DNA from: an uncultured Alphaproteobacteria bacterium
Lineage (GTDB): Bacteria; Pseudomonadota; Alphaproteobacteria; Rhizobiales; Methyloligellaceae
Length of the DNA stretch: 64,000 bases
NCBI GenBank assembly: GCA_963812105.1
Contig: CAWEUF010000010.1
Coordinates: forward strand, 145,002 to 209,001
Direction: 5' to 3'
Shown: in pieces, positions 8,708 through 18,309 of the stretch
How the letters are laid out: the number at the start of each line of letters is the position of its first letter
How positions within the stretch are numbered: the first letter of the stretch is position 1
Notes under the pieces: generated by a model
What the model was told of the DNA's origin: nothing
What the model saw: the letters and a program-made list of their open reading frames with translations, nothing else
Database searches by the model: none
Made by a program: the position numbers and the translations under genes

Positions 8708-9544
8708 ATGATGGGACGAAGCCAACACAGGACGGTGCCATGCCCCTGCCCTTCAAGCGTCCTAGCCTATGCCGCGCTGGCCGGACTGCTGCTGTTCTCG
8801 GTCGCCGCGAAGGCCGACGAGGACGTCTGGCCGATGCTCAAGAGCCAAGCGTTCGGCGACCGCGCCATTGCCGAAGACGGCATGGTGGTGCTCGAGATTC
8901 CGGGTACGGCCGAAGACGCGGCGCTGGTGCCGCTGACCGTGCGCGTGCCGCCTTCGGTCAAGCAGAACCTCAAATCGCTGACCCTGTTCATCGACAAGAA
9001 CCCCGATCCCAAAGTGGCGACCCTCAATTTCGGGCCGGCGGCGGGCAATGGCGGCGAGCGTAGCTTCTCGACCCGGGTGCGGATCGACAATTTCTCCTAT
9101 GTGCGCGCCGTGCTCGAAACCGAAGACGGCACGCTGCATATGGCGAGCAAATTCATCGCGGCGGCGGGCGGCTGCGCCGCCATGCAGGCCAAGGATCCCG
9201 ACAGCGAGACGGTCGATCTCGGCAAGATGATCGTCAGGACCTTCCCCCCTGCCCTCGAGTCGAGCCCGATTTGGTCGGCTCAGGTGATGATCAAGCACCC
9301 GAACGCCAACGGCATGCAGCTCGACATCAACACCGCAAATTTCATCCCCGCGCGTTTCGTCAGATCCATGACGGTCAAGCGCGGCGGGCAGTTGGTGTTT
9401 GACATGCAGAGCACGTTCTCGCTGTCGACCAACCCGAATTTCCGCTTCACCTTCGGGCGCGGCGCCGACAACAGCCTCGATGTCGCCATCACCGACACCG
9501 ACGACACGCGGTTCACCGCGCAGTCGGAGCCGAGCGGGTCGTAG
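8708..9544 (+). CDS. Quinoprotein dehydrogenase-associated SoxYZ-like carrier (fused SoxY-SoxZ)
   Basis: AEDAALVP, IDKNPDP, STRVRID, swinging-arm AAGGC, IKHPN..G.Q.D, SLSTNPNFRF; signal peptide. Confidence 0.85.
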   Translation: MMGRSQHRTVPCPCPSSVLAYAALAGLLLFSVAAKADEDVWPMLKSQAFGDRAIAEDGMVVLEIPGTAEDAALVPLTVRVPPSVKQNLKSLTLFIDKNPDPKVATLNFGPAAGNGGERSFSTRVRIDNFSYVRAVLETEDGTLHMASKFIAAAGGCAAMQAKDPDSETVDLGKMIVRTFPPALESSPIWSAQVMIKHPNANGMQLDINTANFIPARFVRSMTVKRGGQLVFDMQSTFSLSTNPNFRFTFGRGADNSLDVAITDTDDTRFTAQSEPSGS

Positions 9545-9826
9545 TTATTCGGCCGCTGACGGCTTGCTGGAATAGAAGATGTGCGCCTTGAGCAGGAACT
9601 CCTCGGGCTTCTTGAGGAAGAGCTGCTTGGCGGTCTCGTTGCCGAAGCAATAGGTGCTGCCGGCATAGACAGTGTTGATCGAGCAGTCCGTCTTGATTTC
9701 CTTGCCGAGCGCGAGCCCCATCACGCAGTCATTATCGAACTCGCCTTCCGTTGCGGCGAAAGCCGGCAGGCTGAGGCTGAGGCTGACCATGGCCGCAATC
9801 GCGGCCAACCGCATCGTTTTCGGCAT
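9545..9826 (-). CDS. Small exported YHS-like domain protein
   Basis: Signal peptide ending AFA; GSTYCFGNETAKQLFLKKPE resembles the YHS G..Y.F....K..F...PE pattern; GAGGA RBS. Confidence 0.7.
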   Translation of the reverse strand: MPKTMRLAAIAAMVSLSLSLPAFAATEGEFDNDCVMGLALGKEIKTDCSINTVYAGSTYCFGNETAKQLFLKKPEEFLLKAHIFYSSKPSAAE

Positions 9827-9849
9827 TAATTTTTCCTCGCAGCGAAGGC

Positions 9850-9925
<76 letters not shown>

Positions 9926-10028
9926 TAGATCCGCCTCTGTGTGGGAAGGCGCACCTTGAGGGTGTCGCCACCCAAGGGTGCTCCCCTTAACACTGCGCTC
10001 GCTTGCCTGTCCAGGGTCGGCCCGCCGG

Positions 10029-11186
10029 TCACCAAAACGGGCCCATCTCCTCCCGCCTCAGCCGGACGTCCCGGTTGACATGGGCGTTCAGCACGAAACC
10101 CAGGCCTACCATCATGGTCAGCATCGAGGTGCCGCCATAAGACACCAGCGGCAGCGGCACGCCCACCACCGGCACCAGCCCGGTCACCATCGCCACATTG
10201 ATGAACACATAGGCGAACAGGCACAGACCCATGCCGGCGGCCACCAGCCGGGTGAACGTGCTGCGGCATCTGAGCGCCATATAGGTGATGAACAGCAGCG
10301 CGAGAAGGTAGAGCACCAGCAGCACGGCGCCGCCGATGAAGCCCATCTCCTCGGAGAACATGGTGAAGATAAAGTCGGTGTGCTTCTCGGGCAGGAAATT
10401 CAGCTGGGCCTGGGTTCCCTGCATGAAGCCCTTGCCGGTGAATCCGCCGGAGCCGATGGCGATCTTCGACTGCAGGATGTGGTAGCCGGACCCGCTCGGA
10501 TCGCGCTCGGGATCGATGAAGGTCAGAATCCGTTCCTGTTGATAGTCGTGCAGCCGCTCCCACACATGGGGCAGCACCGCAATGACGCCGACAAACGCGG
10601 CGAGGAAGTAAATCCAACTCACGCCGGCGAGAAACAGCAAGCCGCAGCCGACGATGCCGAACAGCGCCGCGGTGCCGAGATCGGGCTGATCCAAGGCCAG
10701 AATGATCGGGGCGCCGATCATCAGCAGCGGCGGCAGCACGGCGTAAGGCCACGACACCTGCTTGGGCGACAGCCACTGGTAATAGCGGGCGATAGCCAGA
10801 ACGAGCGCGATCTTCATCAATTCGGAGGGCTGGAAGCTGAACTCGCCATAGCCCAGCCAGCGCTTGGCGCCACCGCTCTCCACGCCGAACAGGATCACCG
10901 CCGCCAACATCAGCAGCGCAACCACATAAAGCGGGTAGGCAGCGCGCAGCCACCAGCGGATATCGGACAGCGCGACGGCGAACAGCAGCCCCAGGCCCAG
11001 GCAATAGCGCACCACGTGGCGGCTGGCCCACGGCTCAAGCGCGCCGCCCGCCACCGAATAGAGCGCCGCCACGCCGATCATGGTGATGGCGGTGATGAGC
11101 AACAGGAAAGGCCAGTTCAGCGCGATCAGCTTGGCCTTGAGCTTGAGCTGGGGCTGCTCGAAGCCCTCCGCGAACAGCGTCTTCAT
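10029..11186 (-). CDS. rodA: Rod shape-determining SEDS protein RodA
   Basis: GAKRWL, FQPSELMK, QPDLGT, GYHILQSKIAIGSGG, PEKHTDFIF, PLVSYGGTS. Confidence 0.95.
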   Translation of the reverse strand: MKTLFAEGFEQPQLKLKAKLIALNWPFLLLITAITMIGVAALYSVAGGALEPWASRHVVRYCLGLGLLFAVALSDIRWWLRAAYPLYVVALLMLAAVILFGVESGGAKRWLGYGEFSFQPSELMKIALVLAIARYYQWLSPKQVSWPYAVLPPLLMIGAPIILALDQPDLGTAALFGIVGCGLLFLAGVSWIYFLAAFVGVIAVLPHVWERLHDYQQERILTFIDPERDPSGSGYHILQSKIAIGSGGFTGKGFMQGTQAQLNFLPEKHTDFIFTMFSEEMGFIGGAVLLVLYLLALLFITYMALRCRSTFTRLVAAGMGLCLFAYVFINVAMVTGLVPVVGVPLPLVSYGGTSMLTMMVGLGFVLNAHVNRDVRLRREEMGPFW

Positions 11187-13084
11187 CGGGGTCGTTCCGC
11201 GGCGGCGATCACCGCCGGATTGCGCAGCAGAATTTCGGTCATCACGTCGCGCACCACCGGCGCCGCGGCGCGCGACCCGCCGCCGCCATGCTCGACCACG
11301 CAGGCGGCCGCGTAGCGGGGCGCGTCTGCCGGCGCGTAGGCGATGAACAGAGCATGGGTTTCCCCTTCCCAGCCCTTGAGCTTGTGCTGGTTCTTGGCGC
11401 TGATCACCTGCGAGGTGCCGGTCTTGCCCGACATCTGCACGCCGGGAATCGCCAGCGCCGAGCGGACGGCGGTGCCTTTCGGCTCATTGACCACGCCGAA
11501 CATGCCGGCGCGCACGATCTCGAGATGGACCGGATCGATGTCGAGCAGCGGCGGGGGCTCGACGACGCGCTCGCCGGGCATCAGCAAGCGCGGCGACACC
11601 GCCCTTCCCGTGGCAATCCTCGCCGTGGCGACGGCAAGCTGGAGGGGCGTGGTCGCGACATAACCCTGGCCAATGCCGCAGCTAATGGTTTCGCCCTCAT
11701 ACCAAGGCTGATTGAAGTACCGGCGCTTCCAAGCCTTATCCGGAACGATGCCACGCTTTTGTCCGGTGAATCCGATGTCGTGAATCTGGCCGAGGCCGAG
11801 CAGGCGCGAGGTGACGGCGAGGCGATCGATGCCCACGCGCTTGACCGTCTCATAGAAATACGTGTCGCAGGACTGCTTGATGGCGTTGTGCACGTCGATG
11901 CCGCCGCCATGGGTCTTCCAGCAGCGGAAGCGGTGGCGCGCGAACACGTAGCTGCCGGGGCAGTTCATGGTCTCAGTTGGAGTGATGACGCCGGTCTCGA
12001 GCCCGGCGAGCGCGGTGACCACCTTGAAGGTCGAGCCGGGCGGATAGACACCGCGCAGCGCCCGATTTTCGAGTGGATGGTCCTTGTTTCGCGCCAGCTC
12101 CCGCCACCGATCGCGGTTGACCTTGAAGGAAATCTCGTTGGGATCGAAGGTCGGATAGGAGGCCATCACCAGGATGCCGCCGGTCACCACGTCGAGCACG
12201 ACGATGGAAGCCACGCGCAGGCCCTCGATGCGCTTGAGCGCGATGTCTTGCAGCTCCTGATCGATGGTCAGCACCATGTCCTTGCCGCGCACGCTCGGGG
12301 TCGCGCCGAGCTGGCGGACCACGCGGCCATGGGCATCGACCTCGTATTTGATGTTGCCCGGCTGCCCTCTCAGCTCAAGGTCGAGGCCCTTTTCCAGCCC
12401 GGCCTTGCCGGTGCGAAATCCGGGCACCCGCATCAGCGGATCCTCGTCGACCTCGTCCTTGTCGGCCATGCCGACATAGCCGACCACATGGGCCATACCG
12501 CGGCCGTGGCTATAGCGGCGGTACGTCGCTCGGTCGGTGCGGACGCCGGGCAGCTGCGGGGCCAGCACGCTCAGCAAAGTGAACTGCCGCCAGGTCAGCC
12601 CCTCGGTGACGAGCACGGGGAAATATCCGCTCTGGCGCCGCGCCGCCCGCCTGACGCGATCCTTGTCGGCGGCAGAGATGGGGATGATCTTTGCAACAGC
12701 GGCGAGCGTCGCCGACAGGTCTTCGCAGAACGCCGGGATGACGATGACGCGGAAATTCTCCTTGTCGGCCGCCACCGTCCTGCCGAAGCGGTCATAGATC
12801 GATCCGCGCGCCGGCGCCACCAGCTGCATGGTGATGCGATTTTCGTCGGATAGCAGCCGGTATTCCGAGGTATCCAGGATCTGCAATTGGCGCAATCGCC
12901 ACAACAGCAATCCGAACAATCCCGTCTGGCCGGCCCCGATCAGCACGGCGCGCCGCGAGAAGCGGTGGCGCAGCTTCACCGCAGGATCCCGCGGCTTGGC
13001 GTTGCCGACGAGGTATTTGAAGGTTTTCCGCGCCGAGAACTGACGCCGAGGCGATGGCTTATAAGGAGACGGCGGTCGCTTCAC
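11183..13084 (-). CDS. mrdA: Penicillin-binding protein 2
   Basis: PARGSIYDRFG, PPGSTFK, SCD, KTGTSQV, EHGGGGS; GTG start at 13084 overlaps the mreD stop (GTGA). Confidence 0.93.
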   Translation of the reverse strand: MKRPPSPYKPSPRRQFSARKTFKYLVGNAKPRDPAVKLRHRFSRRAVLIGAGQTGLFGLLLWRLRQLQILDTSEYRLLSDENRITMQLVAPARGSIYDRFGRTVAADKENFRVIVIPAFCEDLSATLAAVAKIIPISAADKDRVRRAARRQSGYFPVLVTEGLTWRQFTLLSVLAPQLPGVRTDRATYRRYSHGRGMAHVVGYVGMADKDEVDEDPLMRVPGFRTGKAGLEKGLDLELRGQPGNIKYEVDAHGRVVRQLGATPSVRGKDMVLTIDQELQDIALKRIEGLRVASIVVLDVVTGGILVMASYPTFDPNEISFKVNRDRWRELARNKDHPLENRALRGVYPPGSTFKVVTALAGLETGVITPTETMNCPGSYVFARHRFRCWKTHGGGIDVHNAIKQSCDTYFYETVKRVGIDRLAVTSRLLGLGQIHDIGFTGQKRGIVPDKAWKRRYFNQPWYEGETISCGIGQGYVATTPLQLAVATARIATGRAVSPRLLMPGERVVEPPPLLDIDPVHLEIVRAGMFGVVNEPKGTAVRSALAIPGVQMSGKTGTSQVISAKNQHKLKGWEGETHALFIAYAPADAPRYAAACVVEHGGGGSRAAAPVVRDVMTEILLRNPAVIAAAERPR

Positions 13085-13587
13085 GACCACCTCCCATAGA
13101 GCGTACGGCCGGTTCTGAGCTTGCCTCGCCTGATCCACAACAGGCCGCGCAATACCACCGGGAAGAGCGCGATGGAGACCAGCGCGCCAAACCCGATCGG
13201 CCACCAGTCGATCCAGCGAACGAAATAGAGCGAGGCGAGCACCCAGCCGAACGAGGCGATGACGGCGGCAACGCCGGCCCAGACCAGCCAAAGCTGGTTC
13301 TGGTCCTGGCCGTCGGCGAGCGGCGGGACGCGACCGCCGGCGGTTGAGCCGATCAAGCACATGAGCGCCCAAAATCCGAGCGGGCCCCCGCTCACGATGT
13401 CGGTCAGCAGGCCGAGCAGCATGGCCAAGTAGGGCGGCAACACCGTGCCGGGAAGAGCACGCCAGCAAAACACCATCATCACCACCACCAACGGCAGGAT
13501 GAAGGTTGCGTCCGCCGGAAGGCCCCACGGTACTGCGGTCGCCAGCACCGCAAAGAGCACCGACAGAGCTGGCAGAGCTGCGGTCAT
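13081..13587 (-). CDS. mreD: Rod shape-determining protein MreD
   Basis: Hydrophobic 168 aa with LGLLTDIVSGGPLG; position between mreC and mrdA. Confidence 0.85.
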   Translation of the reverse strand: MTAALPALSVLFAVLATAVPWGLPADATFILPLVVVMMVFCWRALPGTVLPPYLAMLLGLLTDIVSGGPLGFWALMCLIGSTAGGRVPPLADGQDQNQLWLVWAGVAAVIASFGWVLASLYFVRWIDWWPIGFGALVSIALFPVVLRGLLWIRRGKLRTGRTLYGRWS

Positions 13588-14603
13588 GGCTGGGCTTGCG
13601 CTACGCCTTCGCCGGGTGAAGCGCCGTCGGCCGCGCCGGCATGCTTGATCGGGGCGTCAATCGGCAGCGGATCGACCGCCGCGGTCGGCGTCGGAGGCGG
13701 CGCCTGACCGTTCTCGGGCAGTGGCGACAGCGGGCTTGCCACCGGAACGGCCGGCGGATCGGTTCGCGTCAGAGCCGGCGTATCGAAGAACAGCACGCTC
13801 ACCACATCGAGCGAACTCAGCTCGGCATGAGGACGTACCTTCAGCGCGCCTAACGATCCGGTCACCTCGCCGACCCGTAAGCCGCGCGGCAGCACGCCGT
13901 CGGCGCCCGAGGTGTAGACCTCGTCGCCGGCATGAGGCGAAGCGCCGTCCGGGAAGAATTCGAGCTTCAGCTCGCGGCTGTTGTCGCCCGATGCGAGCGC
14001 CCGCACTCCCGCGGTGCCGACCAGCACCGGAATGCGGCTGTTGAGATCGTTGAGCAGCAGCACGCGCGACACCGAGCCGCCGGCATCGACGGTACGTCCT
14101 ATCAGGCCGTCGCCGTTGATCACGGCGTAGCCGATGCGCACGCCGTCGTCCCGCCCGAGATTGATGAGCGCGCTGCGCAAGAACGGACCCCGCGCATCGG
14201 CAATGACGCTGCCGGTGACGAAATGCAGGGCCGGCTCATCGACGGCGTTGAGCAGCGAGCGGAGACGGGCGACGTTGCGCTCGAGCAGCTTGGCCCGCCA
14301 TTCCCATTGCTTGAGCTCTTCGTTCTGCGCCTTCAGCCGATCGATCTCGCCGAGCATCCCGACATAGGAGCGCACGCGCGCCAGGCCATGCCGACCCATG
14401 ATGACCGGCGCCGAGGCCGCTTCCAGCAAGGGGGCGCTCAGATCGACCAAGCGGTCGCGCACGTCGGCGACCGCGCCGTGGCCGATGCGGCTCAACACCA
14501 AGAGGACGGCACAGAGGAAGTAGAGCGTGAAATTGAGCAATTCGCCGGGCGCCCGCCAGGATCGGCGTGGCCGCGGTTTGAACGGTGAATGGCCCGCGCG
14601 CAT
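13584..14603 (-). CDS. mreC: Rod shape-determining protein MreC
   Basis: TM plus coiled coil (RLRSLL), GLIGR, SRVLLLND..SRIPV, GDEVYTSG.DGVLPRGL. Confidence 0.92.
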   Translation of the reverse strand: MRAGHSPFKPRPRRSWRAPGELLNFTLYFLCAVLLVLSRIGHGAVADVRDRLVDLSAPLLEAASAPVIMGRHGLARVRSYVGMLGEIDRLKAQNEELKQWEWRAKLLERNVARLRSLLNAVDEPALHFVTGSVIADARGPFLRSALINLGRDDGVRIGYAVINGDGLIGRTVDAGGSVSRVLLLNDLNSRIPVLVGTAGVRALASGDNSRELKLEFFPDGASPHAGDEVYTSGADGVLPRGLRVGEVTGSLGALKVRPHAELSSLDVVSVLFFDTPALTRTDPPAVPVASPLSPLPENGQAPPPTPTAAVDPLPIDAPIKHAGAADGASPGEGVAQAQP

Positions 14604-14692
14604 TGTTCGCGTCTTCCTTGCAGGAAACGCCTCCAGCGTTTCCTCGTCATTTTAGGGTTTGCGCAGCCGGCAAACCCTCCGCTACGGCCGCC

Positions 14693-15733
14693 TCACGGCT
14701 TGACCAAAAAATCCGCCATGGTGTCGAGCTGCTCCAGGGCCTTACCAGTTCCTCGCGCGACACAGCGCAAAGGGTCCTCAGCAATCGTGAATTTGACTCC
14801 GGTCTCCTGCGTCAGTCGCGCATCGAGCCGGTCGAGCAAGGCGCCACCGCCGGTCAGGTAGATGCCGGAATCGCAGATATCGGCGGTGAGCTCGGGCGGG
14901 ACATCGGCCAGCGCCTGCCTGATGCCGCCCACGATCTGCTGGATCGGCAGGTTCAGGGCTTGCGGCATGTCGTCGGGCGTCAGGGTGATGTCGGCCGGGA
15001 AGCCGCGATGGAGATCGCGACCCTTGATGTGGATCGGCATGCGCTCGCCGTTGACCTTGGCGATGGCGCAACCGGACTCCTTCTTGATCGCCTCGGCGCT
15101 GGTGGCGCCGATCAGCAGATTATATTTGAACCGGACATAGTTGACGATCGCTTCGTCGAACGAATTGCCGGCGCTGCGCACCGAGCGCGAATACAGCACG
15201 CTGCCCATCGACAGCACGGCGATATCGGTGGTGCCGCCGCCGATATCCACGACCATGGAGCCACGTGCCTCTTGGATCGGCAAGCCGGCGCCGATGGCGG
15301 CGGCGATCGGTTCCTCGATCAGATAGACGCGGCGCGCGCCGGCCGACAAGCCCGCTTCATGCACGGCACGACGCTCGACCGGCGTGGCGCTGGCCGGCAC
15401 GCAGATCATGATGCGCGGACTGGTGAACAGCCGACGCTTGAGCACGCGGCGGATGAAATGTTTGATCATCTCTTCCGCGGCGGCGAAGTCGGCGATCACG
15501 CCGTCGCGCAGAGGCTGGATGGTTTCGATCTTGGTCGGGGTGCGTCCGAGCATCGACTTGGCTTCGTAGCCAACGGCAATGACCCGTCGCTCACCGTCCC
15601 GCTGTGTTGTGACAGCGACCACGGAAGGCTCGTCGAGCACGATCCCCCGTCCCGGCACGTAAACCAGGGTATTCGCCGTGCCAAGGTCGATGGCCATGTC
15701 CGTCGAGACAAAGCCTAAGACCCGCGAGAACAT
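14693..15733 (-). CDS. mreB: Rod shape-determining actin homolog MreB
   Basis: DMAIDLGTANTLVY, EPSVVA, PLRDGVIADF, VVDIGGGTT, LTGGGALL; ATG at 15733. Confidence 0.95.
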   Translation of the reverse strand: MFSRVLGFVSTDMAIDLGTANTLVYVPGRGIVLDEPSVVAVTTQRDGERRVIAVGYEAKSMLGRTPTKIETIQPLRDGVIADFAAAEEMIKHFIRRVLKRRLFTSPRIMICVPASATPVERRAVHEAGLSAGARRVYLIEEPIAAAIGAGLPIQEARGSMVVDIGGGTTDIAVLSMGSVLYSRSVRSAGNSFDEAIVNYVRFKYNLLIGATSAEAIKKESGCAIAKVNGERMPIHIKGRDLHRGFPADITLTPDDMPQALNLPIQQIVGGIRQALADVPPELTADICDSGIYLTGGGALLDRLDARLTQETGVKFTIAEDPLRCVARGTGKALEQLDTMADFLVKP

Positions 15734-16122
15734 ACGCCCGCCCCAATCTGGCTCCCCGCAACGAGCCATCAACGCCACTGAGCCGCGCTCAGCGGGCGAC
15801 GAGGTCTGGATGACAGATTTTTTGCCGCTGCCGAGCGCGGCGCTATGTTGCTGCAAATCTGAGTCGGGGGCAATGCGTTGGAGCCCCAATTTGAAAAAAA
15901 CAATTCGCTTGCGTCGGCCAGCGAGCGGCACCCAGTCGAATTGTGGCAAAGGCGCCGGCGATCGCCCCAGCGCCCCGGCCGAATTAAAGGGCACCGTGAA
16001 GGTTTGGGGCCAATCCGGCCTTCCAGCATCGAATTCCGGCGCGAACGGCGAGCCGGCCTCGCCCGGCCGGCCGCCTCGACCTTGGGCAATCGCTCGCGCC
16101 GCGCGATTCGGCCGCAGCCCAC

Positions 16123-17709
16123 TCAGGATGCGAGCATGGTTTCCGGCTTGCGGCGGGCCTCGCGCGCCAGCAATTTATTCAGCGCACTGACATAAGCCCG
16201 CGCCGAGGCGACCATGGTGTCGGTGTCGGACCCCCGCCCGGTGACGGTCTTGCCGTCGGCCTCGAGCCTGACGCTCACTTCGGCCTGGGCGTCGGTGCCT
16301 TCGGTCACGGCGCTCACCTGGTAGAGCGGCAGCCTGGCCTCGTGCGGCACGATCGCCTTGATCGCCCTGAACGTGGCATCGACCGGCCCGTCGCCGGTCG
16401 ACTCGTAAGTGTGCTGCTTGCCGTCGACATCGAGCGTGATGGTCGCCTTCTGCGGACCGCCGGTGCCGGCGATCACGGTCAACGCCACGACCTTGATGCG
16501 GTCGTGGGCGGATGCGATCTCCTGATCGACCAGCGCTTCGATATCCTCGTCATAGACGTGCTTCTTGCGGTCGGCGAGCGCCTTGAAGCGGACGAAGGCA
16601 TCCTCGAAGGCGTTGTCGCCGAGCTCATAGCCGAGATCCTTCAGCTTCTCGCGGAAGGCGTGACGCCCGGAATGCTTGCCCATCACCAGCGAGGATTCCT
16701 TCAGGCCCACGCTCTCGGGCGTCATGATCTCGAAGGTCTCGGCATGCTTCAGCACGCCGTCCTGGTGAATGCCGCTCTCATGGGCGAAGGCGTTCCGGCC
16801 GACGATGGCCTTGTTGTACTGCACCGGGAACGCCGTCACGCGCGACACGAGCTTCGAGGCGCGGGTCAGCATGGTGGTGTCGATGCCGGTCCAGAACGGC
16901 ATGACGTCGCCCCGCGTCTTGATGGCCATGACGATCTCTTCCAGCGCGGCGTTGCCGGCGCGCTCGCCAAGCCCGTTGATGGCGCATTCGACCTGTCGCG
17001 CCCCTCCGCCCACACCCGCCAGGGAATTGGCGACCGCCAGGCCGAGATCGTTGTGGCAGTGCGTGGAGAACACGATGGTGTCGGCGCCGGGCACGCGGCC
17101 GACGATCATGCGGATCAGGCTGGCGAACTCATCGGGCGTGGCGTAGCCGACCGTGTCGGGAATATTGACGGTGGTGGCGCCGGCCTTGATGGCGGCCTCG
17201 ACGCAGCGGCAGAGGAAGTCCGCTTCGGTGCGGGTGGCGTCCATCGCCGACCATTCGACGTCGTCGGTATAGCTCCGCGCGCGGGTGACCGAGGCGGTGA
17301 CCCGCTCCAGCACCTCGGTCTCGTCGATGCCCATCTGATATTTGCGATGGAGCGGCGAGGTGCCGATGAAAGTATGGATGCGGCCGCGCAGGGCGGGCTT
17401 GATCGCCTCGGCGCAGCGGTCGATGTCCTTGAACTGCGCCCGCGCCAGGCCGCAGATCACGGAGTTTTTGGCGCGGCGGGAAATCTCCTGAACGGAGTTG
17501 AAATCGCCTTCCGAGGCGATCGGGAAGCCCGCCTCGATGATATCGACGCCCATCTCGTCGAGCAGTTCGGCGACCTCGAGCTTCTCGTCGAAGGTCATGG
17601 TGGCGCCGGGGCATTGCTCCCCGTCGCGCAAGGTGGTGTCGAAAATGACGACGCGATCCTTGTCGTCGCGCCGCCCGGTGTCAGAGGCGTTGGCCTGGTT
17701 GGACTCCAT
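16123..17709 (-). CDS. leuA: 2-isopropylmalate synthase
   Basis: [33 protein letters not shown], regulatory-domain GDGPVDA. Confidence 0.97.
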   Translation of the reverse strand: MESNQANASDTGRRDDKDRVVIFDTTLRDGEQCPGATMTFDEKLEVAELLDEMGVDIIEAGFPIASEGDFNSVQEISRRAKNSVICGLARAQFKDIDRCAEAIKPALRGRIHTFIGTSPLHRKYQMGIDETEVLERVTASVTRARSYTDDVEWSAMDATRTEADFLCRCVEAAIKAGATTVNIPDTVGYATPDEFASLIRMIVGRVPGADTIVFSTHCHNDLGLAVANSLAGVGGGARQVECAINGLGERAGNAALEEIVMAIKTRGDVMPFWTGIDTTMLTRASKLVSRVTAFPVQYNKAIVGRNAFAHESGIHQDGVLKHAETFEIMTPESVGLKESSLVMGKHSGRHAFREKLKDLGYELGDNAFEDAFVRFKALADRKKHVYDEDIEALVDQEIASAHDRIKVVALTVIAGTGGPQKATITLDVDGKQHTYESTGDGPVDATFRAIKAIVPHEARLPLYQVSAVTEGTDAQAEVSVRLEADGKTVTGRGSDTDTMVASARAYVSALNKLLAREARRKPETMLAS

Positions 17710-17788
17710 CGGTCTCGTCCTTAAGCTTTGGGCGCCAGTCTAGCACGACCGGCAAGCCGCTTGAATTGTCTCGGGTTTAGATTGCCAT

Positions 17789-17835
17789 CCCCTGAACGCC
17801 CGCTCGCCTAAAGCGAGACTGCCCGCGCTCAGGGG
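17789..17835 (-). promoter_or_regulatory. leuA leader RNA structure overlapping the leader-peptide stop codon
   Basis: CCCCTGA...TCAGGGG outer helix with inner CTCGC-N5-GCGAG hairpin. Confidence 0.7.
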
Positions 17836-17939
17836 CGTCTAAGGACGAGGCCGAGCAGGAGCAGCGCGCGGGCGGACGCGGCCGGAAAACGCGAAATCGC
17901 GCCGGTCTCGATGCTTGTCTGCCCTATCAGTCGCTGCAT
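17829..17939 (-). CDS. leuA leader peptide (36 aa)
   Basis: Manual translation MQRLIGQTSIETGAISRFPAASARALLLLGLVLRRP*; six Leu within eight codons near the stop; AGGTG RBS. Confidence 0.75.
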   Translation of the reverse strand: MQRLIGQTSIETGAISRFPAASARALLLLGLVLRRP

Positions 17940-17999
17940 AGGTCACCTGTCGTTCAGGCGGAAAATAGTGCGAAGCGCCCTCCAGGGCAAGGGCGGTAG

Positions 18000-18185
18000 C
18001 CAGCTCCTGGCAGGGCCTCGTAGTGGACCCGGGGGGAGCCCGACGCCGCCCCGAGTGCTCACTCGCGTCGAGTGAAACCCGCAGGGACACCGCACCTCGT
18101 CTGCACCTCACGACGCCTCATGAGAACGCCCCTTAGAGGACGAGGTGGGCGGAGTCCAACCGCTGCTGGCCACGCGGGGATAAAG
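18000..18185. ncRNA. Candidate structured non-coding RNA or repeat element
   Basis: Helices CACCTCGTC(18093-18101)/GACGAGGTG(18139-18147), TCACTCG(18059-18065)/CGAGTGA(18069-18075), CCAG/CTGG(18000-18010); no credible ORF. Confidence 0.45.
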
Positions 18186-18309
18186 TCGGCGCAGGCCACA
18201 AGTGACATCGCATCCGGTCGGTTCTCTCCGAGACAGTTTTTACTGAACCTTTGTCGGCCCCACTGCGACCAACAAGCCTCACTGAAGCAATCTCGACAGG
18301 AGAACATCG

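Noticed and set aside
1-9849. Genomic island integrated at the tRNA-Lys 3' end
   Set aside because: No integrase, no duplicated tRNA 3' end seen, and codon usage is host-like
13085-13528. N-terminal extension of the 781-aa PBP2 ORF
   Set aside because: Overlaps mreD in another frame; GTG at 13084 with a GGGAGG RBS is the better start
15734-15994. N-terminal extension of the MreB ORF
   Set aside because: Homology begins at MFSRVLGF; the upstream part is non-coding-like
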